This document shows positions 37,333 through 42,057 of a DNA stretch of 42,057 nt, piece by piece (within the stretch, counting starts at the first letter, position 1; every line of letters begins with the position of its first letter). A program made the translations under genes and the position numbers. The stretch comes from a bacterium (lineage in GTDB: Bacteria > SZUA-182 > DTGQ01 > JAFGSM01), in NCBI GenBank assembly GCA_049472315.1, contig JBLIRN010000027.1, positions 1-42,057 of the forward strand, given 5' to 3'. Under the pieces are notes generated by a model, which worked only from the letters and a program-made list of their open reading frames with translations, did not search any database and was not told the origin of the DNA.

Positions 37333-37568
37333 CACGCAACCTCCATAAAGCAATTCAGATTGAATCTTGTCGTGCCTGAAGATCCCGCCCTCCTGTGTTG
37401 CTCCATCAGGCAAACACGACCGGAATCATTTGATTCCGGGAAACTATCCCCATGATATCTCTTGGAAACAAAGCATACTGCCCCTGCTGAATCGAATGGC
37501 TGAATTCAGGTGATGGAACAAAACGGCATATCTCAACAGTTGTAGTGTTGAAGAAGGAATAACCTCTC

Positions 37569-37919
37569 ATGGTATCCTTGAGCGTTGATATGTTCGACAA
37601 GGAAATTGGACGTCACAAGACCGATGAGCCAGGAATACGGTACTTTTTGAAAAGACACCGGGCACTCCCTATGATTAGAGAATGTGCAGCTGATCCTCTC
37701 ATTTGCTGCCGTAAGGGGTATGGAAATGAAGCAGGGCAAATCCAGGATCTCATCGGGGAAGATACACATGCATTGCAGATAGTGCGCTCCCTGGAGATAC
37801 TGCAGGGAGACCAGGACGCCTATCAGGAGAAGAATAATCCTGAAATAGGTGGAAACATTTATATAGAGTATGTGCGGTTTTCTTTGAGACATATGGAGAC
37901 CTTTAAAGCCTTCTTCTGA
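37569..37919 (+). CDS. Hypothetical protein (uncertain)
   Basis: 116-aa ORF filling an otherwise empty gap, weak AAGGA RBS, no recognisable motif. Confidence 0.3.
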   Translation: MVSLSVDMFDKEIGRHKTDEPGIRYFLKRHRALPMIRECAADPLICCRKGYGNEAGQIQDLIGEDTHALQIVRSLEILQGDQDAYQEKNNPEIGGNIYIEYVRFSLRHMETFKAFF

Positions 37920-38197
37920 TCCCTATAACTAAGCAAAAGGCATTCCAGAAAAGGAAACAGGAAAGGAAATTTTTTTGTATTGTAAATTCAATCTGATATG
38001 CGATTTCTATAATTTCATAGCAAAGAAATTTGATATCATTATCATATTTTTTATGGGACGTTTCGAAAATTTATGGCATAAGAAAGGAAGACAATGGGGA
38101 GGGCCCAAAACAGCGACGAGGATCAGCCCCCGGAAGCGTGCCCCGGGGAGGTCTGATCCTCGATCCCCTGCAAATGATCAAAACCGATAGTCGATTG

Positions 38198-39229
38198 TTA
38201 TATATAAAAGCTGCCGAATGGCGGTATTCCCATGCCGTAGGTAGTCCTCGATGACGGAAGACCCAAGAACGGCTGGTAGTAGCCGCCAAACAGGCCCGTG
38301 GAGTAACCGTACGGAAATCTCCCGGAAGTGCCGGCAAGATATCCGCTCATGAATCCAGTTTGATAACTGGAGGGATAAAAACTTTGATAATTGTAAGGAT
38401 AGTAGCCGGGATAGCTACTGCTGTATGAATAGGGGAAAAACGGGTAATTGCCTCGAAAGCTTGAAAGGGAGCTGCCCGGATAAAAGCTCGACATATTGCC
38501 ATAATAGACTCGCGAGGAGGGATAGTAGGAATAGTAGGGGTTGTAGTAGTACGGTGTGGAATACTGAGCGGGGATGGTCAGGGTGAGATAGAGCACATCA
38601 TCGTCATCCACGATAGCCGGAACACCGGTGTTGGGGGTGAGGTTTTCCCATTCCGTATCCTCAAACTCGTCGAAGTCTTCGAAATCCTGGGAATCCTCGT
38701 GCATGTTTGCATCGCGAAATTCATTATCCCAGAATTCGATATACTTTATACGCGCCTGGTCCGACGATATCGTGATATCGGTGATTCTGGCAGTATTGCT
38801 GTCATATTCATAGGTCCATTCTTCCTCCACTGCAGTGGCCTGAAAGAACATGTCGCTGATGCCCGGTACCACCACGTCGTCATCACTTGAGCCGATCGTA
38901 TCATAATCCGACTTCGTGGTAGCATACAGGCCGGACCCAAGATAGTAGGTTAGGGTCTTCTCATCGACCGTGACCACCGGATCATGGGTCCCCGGAATCA
39001 ACCGTACGTAAAGCTTATTGTTTTCGTTATCCCGGACGGTAAATTTGATCTCAAAGGCGGCATTCGCAAGAATTCTTGTCTTGAAGAATTCATAGGGATA
39101 GGGGATGTCGACATCCCTTCTTACGGTACAGTTGAAGATTTGGGCGGGGGCGTTTGTCGCGGGATACGAGAGAAGGAATAGTAGTACGGCAAGGCCTATG
39201 ACAGCACACAATAACCTTTCACGTTTCAT
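38198..39229 (-). CDS. Secreted protein with acidic beta-rich domain and C-terminal Tyr/Ser/Pro/Gly-rich tail
   Basis: AAGGAGG RBS before ATG 39229. Signal ending TNAPA|Q. Acidic stretch (EDSQDFEDFDEFEDTEWE, VDDDD). After IPAQ comes a roughly 120-aa tail YSTPYYYNPYYSYYPSS...PPFGSFYI. Confidence 0.85.
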   Translation of the reverse strand: MKRERLLCAVIGLAVLLFLLSYPATNAPAQIFNCTVRRDVDIPYPYEFFKTRILANAAFEIKFTVRDNENNKLYVRLIPGTHDPVVTVDEKTLTYYLGSGLYATTKSDYDTIGSSDDDVVVPGISDMFFQATAVEEEWTYEYDSNTARITDITISSDQARIKYIEFWDNEFRDANMHEDSQDFEDFDEFEDTEWENLTPNTGVPAIVDDDDVLYLTLTIPAQYSTPYYYNPYYSYYPSSRVYYGNMSSFYPGSSLSSFRGNYPFFPYSYSSSYPGYYPYNYQSFYPSSYQTGFMSGYLAGTSGRFPYGYSTGLFGGYYQPFLGLPSSRTTYGMGIPPFGSFYI

Positions 39230-39462
39230 CAAACGTCCTCCTTGTGGTGTGGCCATGACGAAAAGGGTTATAAAACTCGGTTGAAAAGGATATCTTGTTC
39301 CCCATACATCACCTCCCCCGGACAGGTTTTGTATACCGGCGTCTATTCCTTGGAGCATTTTATATATTAGACTATTTTAACTTTCATGCGGTTACGAAAT
39401 AATTTCACCTGCGGAATCCCCTCTGTTTCAGGACCTTTCCGGTTTGATCCATTACTGTCGGG

Positions 39463-40125
39463 TCATGTCTGCGGTTCCTCCACCCGTTTCACAATGGCCC
39501 GGGCAGGGGCACCATCCCCGTTTTCTATTCTCAACGGGAGACAGACCAGATGGTACCTCCCCCCTTCCACAGATGACAGATCGAGCCCCTCAACAATCCA
39601 GATGCCGGCCTGAAGCAGGATGGCATGCGTTTCCGACCCGTCATTGCGGAATCCCCCCACGGAGAGGGAATCGATCCCCACGGTCATCACCTTTATATCC
39701 GCGAGCATGTGAGCGGCTTTGCGGGAAATATGCACGAAATCCTCCGAAAATGCCATGGATTCCCGGCACCTTGCCGAATTTTTTGTTTTAAAAAGGATGC
39801 GTTCCCCGCGACGAATCCGGTATGGAAGGAGTTCATGAGGGGTAATGACGTGCTCATCGTCAATCTCGATGATACGGCATATTCCGATGGTTGCGTTGAA
39901 GGGCATCGTGTCCACCCCCCTGCCGCCCTTCAGGTAATGAAGCGGGGCATCGATGTGGGTACCGGTATGCGAGGAGAGGGAGAGCTTGGATAGCGTGCAC
40001 TCGTCACCGCGGTCACGATCGAGCACCCGTGCGATCTTCACGGCAGGATCACCGGGCCATACCACCATATTATTCCTCAGGGGGATAGAGACATCAATCC
40101 ACCCCTTCTTTTTCGTTGCCCGCAT
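39463..40125 (-). CDS. Cyclase-family metallohydrolase (kynurenine formamidase KynB-like)
   Basis: GGAGG RBS. WPGDP, SHTGTHIDAPLH, VGIDSLSV, IVEGL.L, GDGAPARA. Confidence 0.92.
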   Translation of the reverse strand: MRATKKKGWIDVSIPLRNNMVVWPGDPAVKIARVLDRDRGDECTLSKLSLSSHTGTHIDAPLHYLKGGRGVDTMPFNATIGICRIIEIDDEHVITPHELLPYRIRRGERILFKTKNSARCRESMAFSEDFVHISRKAAHMLADIKVMTVGIDSLSVGGFRNDGSETHAILLQAGIWIVEGLDLSSVEGGRYHLVCLPLRIENGDGAPARAIVKRVEEPQT

Positions 40126-40446
40126 ATCTTTTCCTCCGAGCGCAGACCTGACAAAGGCCCTAAGTCCATACAAAATTAGCGAATAACAGCTATTGAGTAT
40201 ACCCCAAATACGCCCCGCGTGAAAGCGATATCGCGCATCGAACCTCCTCAGGCGAACCGGAGCTACTCTGTTAGGCGTTAGGCCCTTTGAAATGTATTAA
40301 GCCAGCTGCGATCAACCGATACCGGCATGTATCGATTCATGAAATGACCCATGGAACAAAAAAGAGAGGGAGAGGGATCGCCATGCGGGGGAAGGATTCA
40401 CTGCAGGAGTTCTTCCCCGCAACAATCCTTTGATCGATGGATTGCC

Positions 40447-40557
40447 CTATTTACGGCGTGACGCGCAGTAATCAACAAGGACTCCGGCCAGGATCGGAAC
40501 GGGAATCGAGAAGAGCACCCAGCAGAAAAGGATGATTACCGCTATTGATCTCATCAT
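40447..40557 (-). CDS. Small hydrophobic peptide (36 aa), putative
   Basis: MMRSIAVIILFCWVLFSIPVPILAGVLVDYCASRRK after a GAGGG RBS. Followed by an inverted repeat (40384-40421). Below the track's length cutoff. Confidence 0.35.
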   Translation of the reverse strand: MMRSIAVIILFCWVLFSIPVPILAGVLVDYCASRRK

Positions 40558-40679
40558 GGTTATGCCCTCACTCTATACGAGAGGTTGTCTGGAAATCCCC
40601 GCATTCGGGTATCATTGGTTTCAATAGTGTAGACGTGGGGTCCCATCGATCACTTATTCCGTGATACGTGCGGGAAGTT

Positions 40680-42057
40680 CTACGATACCTGGCGGCAACG
40701 GGAGAGGTCATGCAGGAAATGTATGACGGTGCGCATGCCGGAGAAAAGGTTTTCAATGTCGATGTGTTCGTCGGGTGCGTGCGCGTTTTCGTCAGGCAAC
40801 CCGAAACCGATCAGCACCGGGTCAAGGTCGAGAATCCTCTGTAAATGCGCTACCACCGGGATTGACCCTCCCTCCCGCTGGTAGACCGGTGTGGTTCCGA
40901 ATCCCTTCTCCATGGCGGAAACGGCAGCCCTGATCCATGGGCTTTCAATGGGGGTAATGACCGGTTCACACCCGTCGAACGTCCGCACCTTGACCTGCAA
41001 TGTCTTCGAGGCGATTGTGCGACAATGGGCGGAAAAAAGCTCGGCAATCCTTTCGGACTGCTGTTTGGGCACGAGCCGCATGGAGATCTTTGCGAAGGCC
41101 TTGGAAGGAAGCACCGTCTTCGCCCCCTCCCCGGTATAACCGCCCCAGATACCATTGCACTCCAGGGTCGGCCGCGCCCATAGACGTTCGAGTGTGGAGA
41201 AACCCGTTTCCCCCCAAAGCGTGCCTACGCCGAGTGATCGGGCGAATTCCTCATCGCTGTGAGGAAGCGACTCAAATGCCTCGCGTTCCGCCCGGGTCAG
41301 CGGGAGAACGTCATCGTAGAAGCCGGGGATGGCAATCCTGCCGTTTTCGTCATGGAGACCCGCAATCAGCTCGCACAGCCCCTGGATCGGATTGTGCACG
41401 GCACCCCCGAAGGCACCCGAGTGCAGATCCCGGTTCGGCCCGGTTACCTCTATCTCAGTGAAGGCAAGCCCCCGTAATCCATAACACACCGATGGGATAC
41501 CCTTCCCGAACATGGAGGTGTCGGAGATGACCGCACAATCCGCGGCCAGAAGATCCCGATGCCCCTCGAGGAAGGGGACGAGATTGCCGCTTCCGATCTC
41601 CTCTTCCCCCTCGATCATCACCTTGATATTCACCGGGAGGGCACCTCCCGCCTTCATCCATGATTCAATGCTCTTCAGGTGGATAAACACCTGTCCCTTA
41701 TCATCCGCCGATCCCCTGGCAAAAAGATTGCCATCCCTGACGGTCGCTTCAAAGGGAGGAGACGACCAGAGTTCCAACGGATCCACCGGCTGCACATCAT
41801 AGTGCCCATAGACAAGGATGGTAGGCCCGTCCGGCGCACCCATCCACTCACCATAGACGATCGGGTGCCCGCCGGTTTCGAATACCCGGACGGCATTCAG
41901 GCCCACCACACCCATGTGATCGGCGATCCATCGCGCACAGGCGCGGATATCATCCCGGTGATCGCTCTGGGAACTGATGCTGGGTATGCTGAGAAATTCC
42001 TTGAGCTGATCCAGAAAAAGGTCCTTATGTGACTCGATATAGGAAAAAATTTTATCC
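40680..42057 (-). CDS. M20-family metallo-dipeptidase (ArgE/DapE/Acy1-like), 5'-partial
   Basis: Frame stays open to the window end (DKIFSYIESHKDLFLDQLKEFLSIPSISS). YGHYDVQP, ARGSADDKGQ, EGEEEIGS, DLHSG.FGG, GGSIP, HAPDE. Confidence 0.94.
   Translation of the reverse strand, partial: DKIFSYIESHKDLFLDQLKEFLSIPSISSQSDHRDDIRACARWIADHMGVVGLNAVRVFETGGHPIVYGEWMGAPDGPTILVYGHYDVQPVDPLELWSSPPFEATVRDGNLFARGSADDKGQVFIHLKSIESWMKAGGALPVNIKVMIEGEEEIGSGNLVPFLEGHRDLLAADCAVISDTSMFGKGIPSVCYGLRGLAFTEIEVTGPNRDLHSGAFGGAVHNPIQGLCELIAGLHDENGRIAIPGFYDDVLPLTRAEREAFESLPHSDEEFARSLGVGTLWGETGFSTLERLWARPTLECNGIWGGYTGEGAKTVLPSKAFAKISMRLVPKQQSERIAELFSAHCRTIASKTLQVKVRTFDGCEPVITPIESPWIRAAVSAMEKGFGTTPVYQREGGSIPVVAHLQRILDLDPVLIGFGLPDENAHAPDEHIDIENLFSGMRTVIHFLHDLSRCRQVS

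Overview
Bacterial chromosomal window from an anaerobe with Desulfobacterota-like gene content (lineage inferred, not established). Housekeeping and accessory genes: MobB-MobA fusion, EfpL/YeiP-type EF-P, DUF89 phosphatase plus MBL hydrolase, ilvE, a five-gene YbhG/F/S/R-like ABC exporter, HAD, MDR dehydrogenase, EFR1 ferredoxin, MFS, ABC-F, cyclase and M20 peptidase. Signalling genes are dense: a kinase with a degenerate GGDEF domain, two stand-alone receivers, a HEAT plus HD-GYP pair, and a PAS kinase plus NtrC-type activator next to a well-formed sigma-54 promoter. A small AT-richer island holds an IS91-like remnant, a consensus promoter and a DUF433/DUF5615 toxin-antitoxin pair with a frameshifted toxin. 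The most striking signal is a dispersed set of six secreted minus-strand proteins, five with predicted signal-peptide cleavage before Gln. Five of them carry nearly uncharged Tyr/Gly/Leu/Met/Pro/Ser low-complexity blocks, either alone or fused to folded domains. One carrier is an animal-type alpha-2-macroglobulin/TEP (1..2699, minus, runs off the window) that the ORF track missed. No rRNA, tRNA or CRISPR array was seen. All family calls are by-eye motif recognition; no searches were run.
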